This document shows positions 49,273-59,413 of a stretch of 64,000 nt of DNA, in pieces. The DNA is taken from assembly GCA_025450075.1 (NCBI GenBank), contig JANWIC010000009.1, forward strand, positions 38,368 through 102,367, written 5' to 3'. The translations under genes were made by a program, and so were the position numbers. Position 1 is the stretch's first letter, and each line of letters begins with the position of its first letter. The notes under the pieces are model-generated. The model had not been told where the DNA came from. It made no database searches and saw only the letters and a list, made by a program, of their open reading frames with translations. Source of the DNA: Patescibacteria group bacterium (lineage in GTDB: Bacteria; Patescibacteriota; Dojkabacteria; JAKAPS01).

Positions 49273-51234
49273 ATGGGAAAAATTATTGAATTAAAAGAAA
49301 TTACGAAAAGATATCACTTAAAGGAAGAAGTGGTGGTTGCACTTGATGCGCTATCAGTAGAAATCTATGATAATGAATTCATTGTTATTATGGGGCCTTC
49401 TGGAAGCGGCAAATCAACTCTTGTTAATATCCTTGCTGGAATGGATCATCAGGTAAAAGGTTCTTTGTTATATAAAGGTATTGATATTTATCATGGAAGC
49501 AAAAAAATACTTTGGTTATATAGGCAAAAAGTAGTAGGACTTGTCTTTCAAACTCTCAACCTCATACCTGGGACAACTGTTGGATATAATATAAAGTTGC
49601 CAAGATATATTTCATCAATCAAAGAAAGCAGTATCAATTTTGATAAGGATTTGTTGCTTAATGATTTAGGTATTAAACTTAAAAAGTCATCCATTGTGGA
49701 TAATCTCTCACTTGGTGAGCAGCAGCGTGTAGCTATAGCCAGGGCTTTAATGAATGATCCAGATATCTTAATAGCTGATGAACCAACTGGAAACCTGGAT
49801 AGCGCGAATGGGACTAGGCTTATGGAAATTCTTATTCATTTGCACAAAGAAAGTAAAAAAACAATTGTTATTGCAACCCATAACCCAGAGATAGCGCTTG
49901 CAGCTGATAGGGTAATATATCTAAAAGACGGGAGAATTGATCGAATAGAGGTTCATACAGACAAAAGTTCTCAAGAATTGGCGGCTGGTGGAATGCATAC
50001 TATACAAACAGGTCGATTCGACATGTTGAAAAAAATAGCTCTTGCATTTTTCAACCTAAGGAAGGATTTTATGAAATATTCATTGATGACGTTCGCATTC
50101 GGTGTTTTTATATCCATTCTCGTATCAATTAGCTTGTTTAGTTATGTTGTAATAAATAACTTATTGCTTGCATTTGCTCCCCATTCATTTTCACAGACAT
50201 ATGAGCTTACACAGCCATTGTTACAAAAGCTTCCTGATATTCCTATTACTCAACATACAATTGACACACTTAATCGTTTACCTGGAGTAGGAAGTGCTTA
50301 TCCTATTACTCATTTTTATGGAGATATGGTTTACAACCATACAAGCAAGACTCTTTATGCTGCAACCGGCTCATCTGTAACAAAAGCAAGACAATCGGAA
50401 GAAACCATTTCTTCTGGAAGATATTTTTTGAAAGATGACGAACATAGCATTATCTTAACCCCATCTTCTCTTCATGTATTGGGTATCACAAATGGAGGTG
50501 ACATAATTGGCAAGAAAATTGAATTGGATGTATCCCTGAATCCAGATACAGCAAAAACTCAACAAATACAAGTTTATGTTACAGTTGTGGGAATTTTAAA
50601 AAATGACTTAATGCTTTTTCCAAATCTTCTTCCTTCTAATTTCTTCTCAATTGCTGGATTTAAAGGAACTGAACCATTTGATTCTGCATATATATATGTC
50701 CAGGATCCAAGTTATATCGGAAATGTAGGGAGTAAAATACAAAATATGAGATATCAATCAATTCTGCTATCAGATATGACCAAAGGAAGCTCTGACGGTG
50801 CAGCTATTACTCAAAGCTGGTTGTTCATTATTGGATTTGTTGTTCTTACAACAGTGGTTTTCAGTATGATCAATTTCTTAACTGTAATTTTTAATGAAAG
50901 AATTCGAGAGGTAGGTATATTGAAAGCAATTGGTGCAAGTGCAAAAGATATTATATTTCTTTATGCTTGGGAAGGTGCATTTATAGGAATTGGGATAGGG
51001 TTTATTGCTGTTCTTTTGTGCATTCAAGAAATTTCAATATTAAATAGCTTTTTACAAACCCAGTTCCTTCAAAATGCTACAGTTACATCTACTATTGGAA
51101 TTACATATGGTGGAAGTGAGAAGGCCATAACTTTTATTGTAAGTATTTTAGTCGGAATCTTAACAATTGCTTATCCAGCGATTTGGGGTGCACGGATAAA
51201 TATTATGAAGGCACTTGGAAGGGGAATATCATAA
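49273..51234 (+). CDS. ABC transporter, fused ATPase-FtsX permease (MacB-like), tandem paralog
   Basis: 'GPSGSGKSTLVNILAGMD', 'LSLGEQQRVAIARAL', 'ILIADEPTGNLD', and a C-terminal FtsX permease. 1-nt gap from the upstream paralog. Confidence 0.85.
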   Translation: MGKIIELKEITKRYHLKEEVVVALDALSVEIYDNEFIVIMGPSGSGKSTLVNILAGMDHQVKGSLLYKGIDIYHGSKKILWLYRQKVVGLVFQTLNLIPGTTVGYNIKLPRYISSIKESSINFDKDLLLNDLGIKLKKSSIVDNLSLGEQQRVAIARALMNDPDILIADEPTGNLDSANGTRLMEILIHLHKESKKTIVIATHNPEIALAADRVIYLKDGRIDRIEVHTDKSSQELAAGGMHTIQTGRFDMLKKIALAFFNLRKDFMKYSLMTFAFGVFISILVSISLFSYVVINNLLLAFAPHSFSQTYELTQPLLQKLPDIPITQHTIDTLNRLPGVGSAYPITHFYGDMVYNHTSKTLYAATGSSVTKARQSEETISSGRYFLKDDEHSIILTPSSLHVLGITNGGDIIGKKIELDVSLNPDTAKTQQIQVYVTVVGILKNDLMLFPNLLPSNFFSIAGFKGTEPFDSAYIYVQDPSYIGNVGSKIQNMRYQSILLSDMTKGSSDGAAITQSWLFIIGFVVLTTVVFSMINFLTVIFNERIREVGILKAIGASAKDIIFLYAWEGAFIGIGIGFIAVLLCIQEISILNSFLQTQFLQNATVTSTIGITYGGSEKAITFIVSILVGILTIAYPAIWGARINIMKALGRGIS

Positions 51235-51282
51235 TTGACACATAATTCGCTATTCATTACAATAACATAAACTGCCAAATTC

Positions 51283-53010
51283 ATGAAAAAATCAATTGTT
51301 AAGAAAATATTAAAAGATTGTGAATATTGTGTAAAAGAAATAGGAAGAGATGTGATTAGCGCCAACATACTGCTATATGTCCTTATACTCGATCCTGAAG
51401 TGCATGGAGAGCTATTATTAAACAACACTGATATGCATACTCTCCATTTTCTTCTTAACCCATACCATGTCAGGAAAAATACTCCTCTTAAAATATCAGT
51501 CAGTGAAGAAGTAAAATCTATTCTAAATGGAAGCGAAAATGATGCTAGCGCTTTAGATATCTTTAAAGGTGCAATCAAACAAAAATATATTAAGGATATT
51601 TTTACGAAAGCAGGTTATGTTCCCGGAAATGATCAAAATACCATTTTATCAAAATATACAAAGAAAATAGACGATGGGGTAGCTCATCAGGAAGATATAG
51701 ATAAGTATGAAAAGATAACAAATCATTTAGGAAACAGGAATGTTATGATAATGGGAGCAATGGGATCCGGCAGATTTGAATTTATAAAATCATATGCAAA
51801 GTATAGTAGTGCGAATTTTTCCATCTATTATTTTGATTTATTTAAATGCTTAAAACTTGAAGAAGATCGTCTATTTGGCATTGTCAACGGTATATTTGAT
51901 GAATTAAGAGATGATTATCTCTATATCCCCAATTTTTTGAAAGTAATGATTTGGGTTCGTTCGCTAAAAATGCATAATATATATATACTTCTTGAAGAAC
52001 TTGCCAATAGGGGAAAAATAATTACAAAGGTAAATAAAAATACATTTGATTCAAAAGAATTTCAATTAAGTAAACAATTTAATTTCTTTTCAATTAATAT
52101 TCCGCCAATAACGATAGATCAGTTGTATGGCATTCTCAATTCATATGCTTTTGCATATGAAAAATTTTATCATATTAATATTCCAAAAGAAGAAATTAAA
52201 AGAATAATAAAGGAAGCAAATTTTAAAGATACTGCGCTTGCTCAACCAGGTAAATCATTAAAAAGGCTCATGCATTTTGCAATGATCACTTATGGCCAAG
52301 ATGAGACAATTTTACAGAAACCTAAAGATAAGGGGAGTTTTAGTGAAAACCTATCACTTGAACAACATCTAAATAAATCAATAATTGGACAAGCGAGAGT
52401 CATTGAGGAAATATCATATGAAATTGGTAAAATTAATTTTCTTGAAGGCGGTATTGTTAAATCCTTCCTTTTTCAAGGAGAAATAGGGTGTGGAAAATTG
52501 AAAACTGCAACAGAGATGAGCAAATTCCTTTTTGGAGAAGATTCTCTTCGATATATAGATATGGGAGTTTACAGCCAATTTCCATTCAAGATGAAAATAT
52601 ATGAAAAGTTAGATCGATTAATCCAGACAATGTATGGAGGTATCATATTTATAGATAATTTTGAAGAATTAGATACAACACAAATAGATATCTTTTCATA
52701 TATTAAAATGAAGGTAAAAGAAGCAAATTTTGAAGGTCTTATGGCCCCAATTATTATCATTGCTTCGAGTAGGAAACCTGTTACAGAGATACCAAACTAT
52801 GCATATATAATTGAACATTTTGATAAAATAGTGTATTTTAATAAGCTGACGATTCGGGATCTTGAAAAAGTAGCTGAAATTCAATTAATGAAAATAAAAG
52901 GAATAATTCAGACGGATAAGGTATTTAGTACGTTCGTTATAAGCGCTCAAGCAAATCCCCAGCTCAATGCGTTGGGAATCAAGAAGTTGATTACATCCAT
53001 GTGTTTGTAA
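51283..53010 (+). CDS. Clp/Hsp100-like protein with degenerate Walker motifs in both AAA+ modules (predicted pseudo-ATPase)
   Basis: Clp_N-like 'ANILLYVLILDPEVHGELLL'. D1 'VMIMGAMGSGRFEFI' (K to R, T to F). D2 'FLFQGEIGCGKLKTATEMSKFLFGEDSLRYIDMGVY' (GK followed by L, not T/S). Walker B positions read 'IFIDNFEE' instead of DE. ClpA D2-like 'SIIGQARVIEEISYEI' is present. Confidence 0.5.
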   Translation: MKKSIVKKILKDCEYCVKEIGRDVISANILLYVLILDPEVHGELLLNNTDMHTLHFLLNPYHVRKNTPLKISVSEEVKSILNGSENDASALDIFKGAIKQKYIKDIFTKAGYVPGNDQNTILSKYTKKIDDGVAHQEDIDKYEKITNHLGNRNVMIMGAMGSGRFEFIKSYAKYSSANFSIYYFDLFKCLKLEEDRLFGIVNGIFDELRDDYLYIPNFLKVMIWVRSLKMHNIYILLEELANRGKIITKVNKNTFDSKEFQLSKQFNFFSINIPPITIDQLYGILNSYAFAYEKFYHINIPKEEIKRIIKEANFKDTALAQPGKSLKRLMHFAMITYGQDETILQKPKDKGSFSENLSLEQHLNKSIIGQARVIEEISYEIGKINFLEGGIVKSFLFQGEIGCGKLKTATEMSKFLFGEDSLRYIDMGVYSQFPFKMKIYEKLDRLIQTMYGGIIFIDNFEELDTTQIDIFSYIKMKVKEANFEGLMAPIIIIASSRKPVTEIPNYAYIIEHFDKIVYFNKLTIRDLEKVAEIQLMKIKGIIQTDKVFSTFVISAQANPQLNALGIKKLITSMCL

Positions 53011-53072
53011 ATTATGTTTAATTTATATTCGTTTTTTGATATCATTGATATGTCCTTATACAGCAATTTTGG

Positions 53073-55046
53073 ATGAAGCAGCATACTGTTCCACAAAATA
53101 TAATGAGTGTGGAGTTTAAGATAATAGGGGACTTGAGTATAAGGCAATTTATTTATATTAGTTTGTCTGGTGGTCTTGCCTTTATCTTTTGGCTTACATA
53201 CTTGCCGGGAATTATAAAATATACCCTTATTTTCATTTCGGTAGTATTAGGATTATTAGTAACGTTCGCTAAGATAAATGAACGGCCATTTGACCAATGG
53301 ATTACTAATTTTATTACAGCTGTCATGCTGCCTACTCAGCGGATTTGGGCAAAACATCATGAATTGCCGTATTATTTAGAAGAACAACCTGCTCCAACTT
53401 CAAAAGTTGAAGATCAGAAAAAAGAAAAGGGGTATCAGAAAGTGGTTTCATATCTTAATTCACGAAACCTCCCTACTGATGAAATGTATAAATCGAACAC
53501 TGTACTTGATATTGAAGAAATAAAAATGCTTACAAATATAGGAAAATTAATGAATCAAGCGATGACTCCTGACCCTGATGCAATTTTGCAAGCAGCGGCA
53601 GCGCCAGTTCAGGTTCCAAATCCAGCACAAGCGGTAATTCCTCCACAGCAAAGCAATGCAAATATACCCATTGAACCCCTTGTACAACCTACAACTCCAA
53701 TTCAACCTAAAGTAGAAATACCGGTTCAGCAGGTGGCACAACCACAGCATGTAGTGATTCCTCCACCAGTTTCAGTTCCTCCTACACCACCTGGGATGAC
53801 ATCTATTCCTGATCCAATCGTCCAGCCGGCTGTAAATGTTTCTTCAGTGCAATCACCATATCCACAGGTACAGACTCCTGCACCCCAGCAAATTGACCCA
53901 CCCATTGTTATTCCGGAAGCAATCCCTGATAAGGAAAAGCCGGTTCAAGATGAAATCATTACGATAGAGCCAAACACGGTGGTAAAATTGGATGATTTAA
54001 AAAATCTAAAATCCAGCGTATTAGATTCCCTAGACAATGAATTAAAAAGCTTGGATACAAGAACAGCAGTAATTGAACCTAAAACGGAAACTCAAAAACA
54101 ACAGACTGAGCTTGAAGCATCACTTGCAGATTTAATTCCTAATTTTGGAGGTCCTCTGCCACCACTTCCACCAAAACAAACTCCTGAAACACCCCCAGCA
54201 CCTCCAGTGATAGTAGTACCTGATACAGCATCAATACCTGAACCGAAAATGGAAATACCGGAAGTTGTCATGAAGGAACCAGATGTTACTAGTGAGCCGA
54301 TTAAAACCTCAGTCATTGAACAGCCTTTCGAACAGATACCAGAAGAAAGAGTTCCTGAATATACTCAAACAATTGATGAGCCAGTAGTTGTGATCAATGA
54401 ATCAGATATTGTCCATCCTGAAGATGTTGTTACATCTATCCAGGAAACTGAAGCCCCTCCAGTACAGCCGGTAACAGTAGATACTGTTGTAGCAGCAGAG
54501 CCGCAAGTTATTCAAACTGAAATAGTAGCCCCTGATGTGGAAAATCGTCCTCAAGCAATGACTTCTGATGAATTAGCAATTTTACAAGAAGAAAATCGAA
54601 GATTACGGGAAGAATTATTAAAAGCCAAAACCGAGGCATATCCAATTACTGATCAGCAACCTGAACAGGTAGAAGTAAGAGATGATAACAAAATATTAGG
54701 ACATATGCCTGATTTTGTTAATTTCCCAAATGTTTTAAGCGGAGTAGTTGTTGATTCAAACGATAAAACTGTTGAGGATGTAGTAATAATCATTAAGAAT
54801 AAATCAAAACAGATTATGAGGGCAATGAAAACAAATATTCTCGGACAATTCTATTCTCGAAATCCTCTTCCTAATGGAAACTATGATATTGAAGCAAATA
54901 AAGAAGGATATGTTTTTGAGAACATGGGGATCAATTTGACCGGAGTCGTCATGAAGCCTATGATTATAAGGACGAAGAAATTTTCAAGTATCCAAAGTGG
55001 AACCGAATTTAATTTAATGAATAACTCAAACGATGGCAGCAAATAG
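53073..55046 (+). CDS. PrgI/VirB3-like membrane protein with long Pro-rich extracellular extension and C-terminal CarboxypepD_reg-like beta domain
   Basis: N-terminal 'VPQNIMSVEFKIIGDLSIRQFIYISLSGGLAFIFWLTYL' matches the PrgI-family pattern (two TM). Middle ~300 aa is P/Q/V/E-rich low complexity plus a coiled coil 'LAILQEENRRLREELLKAK'. C-terminal 'LSGVVVDSNDKTVEDVVIII...NGNYDIEANKEGYVFE' is carboxypeptidase-regulatory-domain-like. Confidence 0.5.
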   Translation: MKQHTVPQNIMSVEFKIIGDLSIRQFIYISLSGGLAFIFWLTYLPGIIKYTLIFISVVLGLLVTFAKINERPFDQWITNFITAVMLPTQRIWAKHHELPYYLEEQPAPTSKVEDQKKEKGYQKVVSYLNSRNLPTDEMYKSNTVLDIEEIKMLTNIGKLMNQAMTPDPDAILQAAAAPVQVPNPAQAVIPPQQSNANIPIEPLVQPTTPIQPKVEIPVQQVAQPQHVVIPPPVSVPPTPPGMTSIPDPIVQPAVNVSSVQSPYPQVQTPAPQQIDPPIVIPEAIPDKEKPVQDEIITIEPNTVVKLDDLKNLKSSVLDSLDNELKSLDTRTAVIEPKTETQKQQTELEASLADLIPNFGGPLPPLPPKQTPETPPAPPVIVVPDTASIPEPKMEIPEVVMKEPDVTSEPIKTSVIEQPFEQIPEERVPEYTQTIDEPVVVINESDIVHPEDVVTSIQETEAPPVQPVTVDTVVAAEPQVIQTEIVAPDVENRPQAMTSDELAILQEENRRLREELLKAKTEAYPITDQQPEQVEVRDDNKILGHMPDFVNFPNVLSGVVVDSNDKTVEDVVIIIKNKSKQIMRAMKTNILGQFYSRNPLPNGNYDIEANKEGYVFENMGINLTGVVMKPMIIRTKKFSSIQSGTEFNLMNNSNDGSK

Positions 55047-55776
55047 GATTATGTCAACAACCCAAGATCATCTCGATATAGAAGATGTGAGGGATGATAT
55101 GATGGTTTTAAAAGATGGAAGAGTATGTATTATTCTTGAAACAAGTGCAGTGAATTTCAGCTTACTTTCAGAAATAGAACAGGATGCGAAGATAGCCGCA
55201 TTTGCAGGATTACTCAATTCAATCAATTACAACCTCCAAATAGTTGTACACACAGAAAGTGTTGATGTCTCAAAATATATTGTAACCCTTGAAAATTACA
55301 AGAATAAACAAACGAGTGAGAAGATCAAATACCAAATTTCAAACTATATTGAGTTTATAAAAAACCTTATTAAAAAGAATGATGTGCTTGATAAACGATT
55401 CTATGTTGTAATACCATATATACCTTATGGAGTAAAAAGGACAAGCCCTTTGAGACAAGTATTTGGTAAACCAAATAGAATTCTTGATTTAGGGAGGCTT
55501 CTTGAAACTGCAAAACTTGACCTCTATCCAAAAAAAGATGGAATCGTTAAACTTTTAATTAGAATGGGAATTAAAACGAGGCAACTAACTACAGAAGAAA
55601 TTATTAAGCTTTTTTATAAGCTCTATAATTCAGAAGGGAATACTTTACCAAAATCACGATTTACAGAAGATGATGTTCTTGCTGCAGTAGTTGGAACACC
55701 TAAAAATTACGATACCGTACAGGAAGATATTACTATCCCATATACAAATAATGAACCCAACGACATTAAACAATAA
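55033..55776 (+). CDS. T4SS-associated protein resembling the N-terminal domain of VirB4/TrbE, encoded separately
   Basis: 'LDIEDVRDDMMVLKDGRVCIILETSAVNFSLLSEIEQDAKIAAFAGLLNSINYNLQIVV' resembles the VirB4 N-terminal region. Its stop (55776) overlaps the VirB4 ATG (55751) by 26 nt. It is paralogous to ORF 59403-59858. Confidence 0.45.
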   Translation: MAANRIMSTTQDHLDIEDVRDDMMVLKDGRVCIILETSAVNFSLLSEIEQDAKIAAFAGLLNSINYNLQIVVHTESVDVSKYIVTLENYKNKQTSEKIKYQISNYIEFIKNLIKKNDVLDKRFYVVIPYIPYGVKRTSPLRQVFGKPNRILDLGRLLETAKLDLYPKKDGIVKLLIRMGIKTRQLTTEEIIKLFYKLYNSEGNTLPKSRFTEDDVLAAVVGTPKNYDTVQEDITIPYTNNEPNDIKQ

Positions 55777-57769
55777 TATAGCACCTCCAACGGTTGATCC
55801 GTTTGGAAAACCTTTACAACCGAAGGAAAATCAAACCCAACCAAAACAGTTGATTCCTATTCAGGAAATAAAGAGTATGGTAACAAGTTTACTTGGAATG
55901 CTACCTTTTTTTAAAACAACCGAGGAACCAATTGATCCTGTATACCAAAAGCGAAAAGAAAACATGCAACGCTTTTCCGATGGAATGGTAGATATCCGTG
56001 ATATAATAGCTCCTTCAGCAATAGAGATTGATTTTGATTATGTAAAGATAAATAAGAAATTTTATAAAACTTACTTTGCTGCACTTTTTCCTCGTTTTGT
56101 ATCATCCAATTGGTTGTCACCTTTGATTAATTTCGAAAAGACACTAGATATCTCAATGTTTTACTATCCTGTAGATTCAAGGGTAGTTATGCAAAAGCTT
56201 CGAAGAAAAATTGCTGAAATGGAAGCAACATTAAATACATTGGCTGAACAAGGTAAAGTGCTTGACCCAAATGTAAAAGTTGCATTGGAAGATGCAAAGA
56301 ATTTACAGGAGCAATTGGCAAAAGGAAGTGAAAAATTTTTCCATTATGCTGTATATATAACGATTCAAGCAGATACTATTGTTGAATTAAATGATATCGG
56401 AAAAAACCTTGAAACAATACTAGGCGCTAGTGGTTTGGTTGTAAAGTCATCATATTTGCAGCAAGAATTTGGTTTCCAATCTACACTTCCTGAGAATAAC
56501 GATAAATTGCAAGTAGTCCGGAATATGGATACTACATCTATAGCCACTACTTTTCCATTTGTCTCATCTGACTTAACATCTGATACTGGTATATTATATG
56601 GAATCAATAAATCTAATAAAAGTTTAGTAATTTATGATAGGTTCACAAGTGAAAACTATAATACAGTCATATTTGCACGGTCTGGTGCAGGGAAAAGTTA
56701 CCTGGCAAAACTTGAAGCGCTTCGATCATTGATGTTGGGGGCACAGGTAATTATCATTGATCCTGAGCGCGAATATGAAAAACTCTGTCAGGCATTAGGT
56801 GGAGCTTACATTTCTTTCTCCCAAGATGGGGCAAGCAAAATTAATCCATTTGACCTATCTGGTATACGGGAACCAGGAGAGGATGAGTTACGTTTTAAAA
56901 TCCTTTCTCTTCACGGGTTATTTAGGATTATGCTTGGGGAAAATGGTGAAAGCTTATCATCAATTGAAAACGCAATTTTGGATAAAGCATTGATTGAGAC
57001 GTACAGACAAAAAGGTATTACTGTAGATGCAAGTACTCAAACAAAAGAACCTCCTCTTTTAGAAGACTTGTTTAAAGTTTTACAAGGAATGGAGGAACCT
57101 GAAGCACAAGGTATTGCAAAGAGATTAGAGAAATTTATACGTGGTAGTGCAACTGGGATCTTTGACCAGCGTTCTAATGTTGAGATCAATAATCCATTCA
57201 CTGTTTTTTCGATTCGTGACTTATCTGATGAATTACGTGCTCCGGCAATGTATCTCATGCTTGACTATATTTGGACTCGAGTGAAGAAAGAAAAAGTAAA
57301 AAGAATCTTAATGGTCGATGAAGCATGGATTTTGATGAAGTATCCTGATAGTGCACAATTTATGAATGCTATTGCAAAGCGTGCACGTAAATATTATCTT
57401 GGTTTGACCACGATTACACAGGATGTTGAAGATTTTCTTTCAACAGATTATGGGAAAGCAATAGTGAATAATGCATCAATGCAGATTCTTCTTAAGCAAA
57501 GTCCTAGTGCAATAGATAATATTCAACGTGTTTTCTTCCTATCTGAAGGAGAAAAGGAACTATTGTTGAATGCGGCACAAGGCGAAGGATTATTCTTTGC
57601 AGGGGCAAATCATGTAGCAATTCAAATTATTGCAAGTCAATATGAACATTCTCTCATTACAACTAACCCAACTGAGACACAAACAGAACCAACCATTCAA
57701 AATCAAAATTTAAGACAGGTTGTGCAGGAACAAGTAAAAGCGGTATCACTTGAAGCTCAAGTTGAATAG
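55751..57769 (+). CDS. VirB4/TraE/PrgJ-like type IV secretion ATPase
   Basis: 'DIRDIIAPSAIEIDFDYVKINKKFYKTYFAALFPRFVSSNWLSPLIN', Walker A 'VIFARSGAGKSYLAKLEALRSLMLGAQVIIIDPEREYEKL', Walker B 'ILMVDEAWILM', 'GLTTITQDVEDF'. ATG at 55751; the track start 55691 overlaps the upstream gene further. Confidence 0.85.
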   Translation: MNPTTLNNNIAPPTVDPFGKPLQPKENQTQPKQLIPIQEIKSMVTSLLGMLPFFKTTEEPIDPVYQKRKENMQRFSDGMVDIRDIIAPSAIEIDFDYVKINKKFYKTYFAALFPRFVSSNWLSPLINFEKTLDISMFYYPVDSRVVMQKLRRKIAEMEATLNTLAEQGKVLDPNVKVALEDAKNLQEQLAKGSEKFFHYAVYITIQADTIVELNDIGKNLETILGASGLVVKSSYLQQEFGFQSTLPENNDKLQVVRNMDTTSIATTFPFVSSDLTSDTGILYGINKSNKSLVIYDRFTSENYNTVIFARSGAGKSYLAKLEALRSLMLGAQVIIIDPEREYEKLCQALGGAYISFSQDGASKINPFDLSGIREPGEDELRFKILSLHGLFRIMLGENGESLSSIENAILDKALIETYRQKGITVDASTQTKEPPLLEDLFKVLQGMEEPEAQGIAKRLEKFIRGSATGIFDQRSNVEINNPFTVFSIRDLSDELRAPAMYLMLDYIWTRVKKEKVKRILMVDEAWILMKYPDSAQFMNAIAKRARKYYLGLTTITQDVEDFLSTDYGKAIVNNASMQILLKQSPSAIDNIQRVFFLSEGEKELLLNAAQGEGLFFAGANHVAIQIIASQYEHSLITTNPTETQTEPTIQNQNLRQVVQEQVKAVSLEAQVE

Positions 57770-57796
57770 GAGTATAAGATTTGTGAGGTGATATAA

Positions 57797-58078
57797 TTGA
57801 TAAAATTTATCCTAGATTTACTTCCCCCTCGTGCTGATGTTTACCAAATTCCCGAACTTTCAAACACAATAAATAACATTACTGATACGATTGCTTGGAT
57901 TGTATTGAGTCTACTCATCTTATTTATCATTAGTTTTGGAGTTCAATTCATTTTGGCAGCGGATAGTCCACAAGAACGTGTTAAGCTAAAAAACAAAATC
58001 ATTTGGGCTCTTGTTGGTCTATTCATTATCTTAACAGCAAAACCATTAAGTATATGGATTCAATCAATTGTAAAATAA
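57797..58078 (+). CDS. VirB2/TrbC-pilin-like small two-TM protein
   Basis: 93 aa. TTG start with a GAGGTG RBS 6 nt upstream. Two hydrophobic helices 'IAWIVLSLLILFIISFGVQFIL' and 'IIWALVGLFIILTA'. It is located between the VirB4-like and VirB6-like genes. Confidence 0.35.
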   Translation: MIKFILDLLPPRADVYQIPELSNTINNITDTIAWIVLSLLILFIISFGVQFILAADSPQERVKLKNKIIWALVGLFIILTAKPLSIWIQSIVK

Positions 58079-59205
58079 AGAGTATATGGTATAGATTACA
58101 CAGTCAGCTTGTTGATCTATTTCCTTTTGTTCTAGTCTTTATCCTTATTTTTGCATTTTCTATCAACACCTTGACCAGTACATATATAGGAAATACAAAT
58201 GCGAATACTTCATTCATTGTATCAAAGAACCAGATAGGTGATGGGCCATCAGAAGAATGTTTCACTAATTTTTCATTAAATATATTCAGCACGGGTATTT
58301 CTTTTTTAGTTTGTCATCTTTCATTTTTCTTTGATGATTATGTTGCATTTACACATAACCTTTTCTCTCCATCAGACACTTTATATTCATCTTACCAAAA
58401 TGAATTATATTTACCGATGAAAAGACTTGCATTTATATTATTACCGCTCTCATTTTTGATAGCTGTAGCAATAAATATCCTTCGAGCAATGATTGATTTT
58501 GGAAGTGATATTCATGTCTTACGGTATATCCAAGAACTGTTATTCTCTCTAATCATACTTTTGATTCTTCCAGCTATTGGAAGGTTTAGTATTGATTTAA
58601 ATAACGGCATCTCCAGCTATATTATATCTACAATAACAGGTGGATATACTTCTCAAAATGGTCTCGCATCGTTGATTTCACAAAATATCAATATCAATGA
58701 AATTGCACAGCAACAATTTATACCAGCAGTAGCATCCAATATCTTATGGATATCATTTTTTATAGCTATGCTATTTCTTGTGATCTTTTTTATTGTTCGT
58801 TTTATAGTTATATGGCTTGTGTTTTTAGTACTTCCATTACTGATTTCTTTAGAATTTATTCCTTATATGAAAGGAATCAAAGAGACAATTATTACAAAAC
58901 TTTGTCAGTTTATCATTGTTCAACCAGTTTTTCTCTTAGGATTAGGTTTCTTTTTTATTATCATGAAAGAGCAAATGGACAGTATCGCAAAATTTATTCT
59001 TGCGATTTGTTCGCTTATTACCTTAGGATTTATTCCATCATATATATCAAGTGTCTCGGGAGGAAAGTTAATGTCCTTATCAACAAATGATATGAAGCAT
59101 TTCTTTCATAGTGTTGGACAGCGGATTGATATTGCAATTGGCTGGATAGAAGAATCTCTTTCAAAACCTTATGAGCTTCCTTTAGAAAAACCATCCAAGA
59201 AATGA
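58054..59205 (+). CDS. VirB6/TrbL-like polytopic membrane protein
   Basis: ~380 aa with an N-terminal extracytoplasmic region, then 5-6 TM (e.g. 'ILWISFFIAMLFLVIFFIVRFIVIWLVFLVLPLLI'). The assignment rests on size, topology and T4SS context only. Start taken at ATG 58054 (MDSIN...); the track start is 58003. Confidence 0.35.
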   Translation: MDSINCKIKSIWYRLHSQLVDLFPFVLVFILIFAFSINTLTSTYIGNTNANTSFIVSKNQIGDGPSEECFTNFSLNIFSTGISFLVCHLSFFFDDYVAFTHNLFSPSDTLYSSYQNELYLPMKRLAFILLPLSFLIAVAINILRAMIDFGSDIHVLRYIQELLFSLIILLILPAIGRFSIDLNNGISSYIISTITGGYTSQNGLASLISQNININEIAQQQFIPAVASNILWISFFIAMLFLVIFFIVRFIVIWLVFLVLPLLISLEFIPYMKGIKETIITKLCQFIIVQPVFLLGLGFFFIIMKEQMDSIAKFILAICSLITLGFIPSYISSVSGGKLMSLSTNDMKHFFHSVGQRIDIAIGWIEESLSKPYELPLEKPSKK

Positions 59206-59206
59206 T

Positions 59207-59413
59207 ATGAAAATTGCTTACTACATCTTAATATTATCTATTGTAGCTATCTGGACAATATTACCTTTACAACTATATATGAAAGTACTTTTAACAATAA
59301 TGGTTATTGGGATTCATATTTGTTTTCAGGTAAAAGTAAAGGATAAGCATCTCTATACATGGATTTTGATTATATTACTATATCTGATGAGGCGAAAAAG
59401 ATATGTCAAATAG
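59207..59413 (+). CDS. VirB3-like small two-TM protein (second module)
   Basis: 68 aa with two hydrophobic helices. It sits in the same relative position as the PrgI-like gene of the first module, immediately upstream of the second N-domain gene. Confidence 0.3.
   Translation: MKIAYYILILSIVAIWTILPLQLYMKVLLTIMVIGIHICFQVKVKDKHLYTWILIILLYLMRRKRYVK

Noticed and set aside
53560-54560. Possible tandem DNA repeat underlying the Pro/Gln/Val-rich region of ORF 53073
   Set aside because: The amino-acid composition is biased, but I could not find a repeating nucleotide unit of constant period. It looks like low-complexity sequence rather than a true tandem repeat.
55691-55776. 86-nt overlap between track ORFs 55033-55776 and 55691-57769, suggesting a frameshifted VirB4 pseudogene
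   Set aside because: An in-frame ATG at 55751 (MNPTTLNN...) gives a normal short overlap with the upstream stop at 55776. The same small-gene-plus-ATPase arrangement recurs at 59403-59858 / 59855-61423. A genuine split-gene architecture is therefore more parsimonious than a frameshift, though a sequencing error cannot be excluded without reads.
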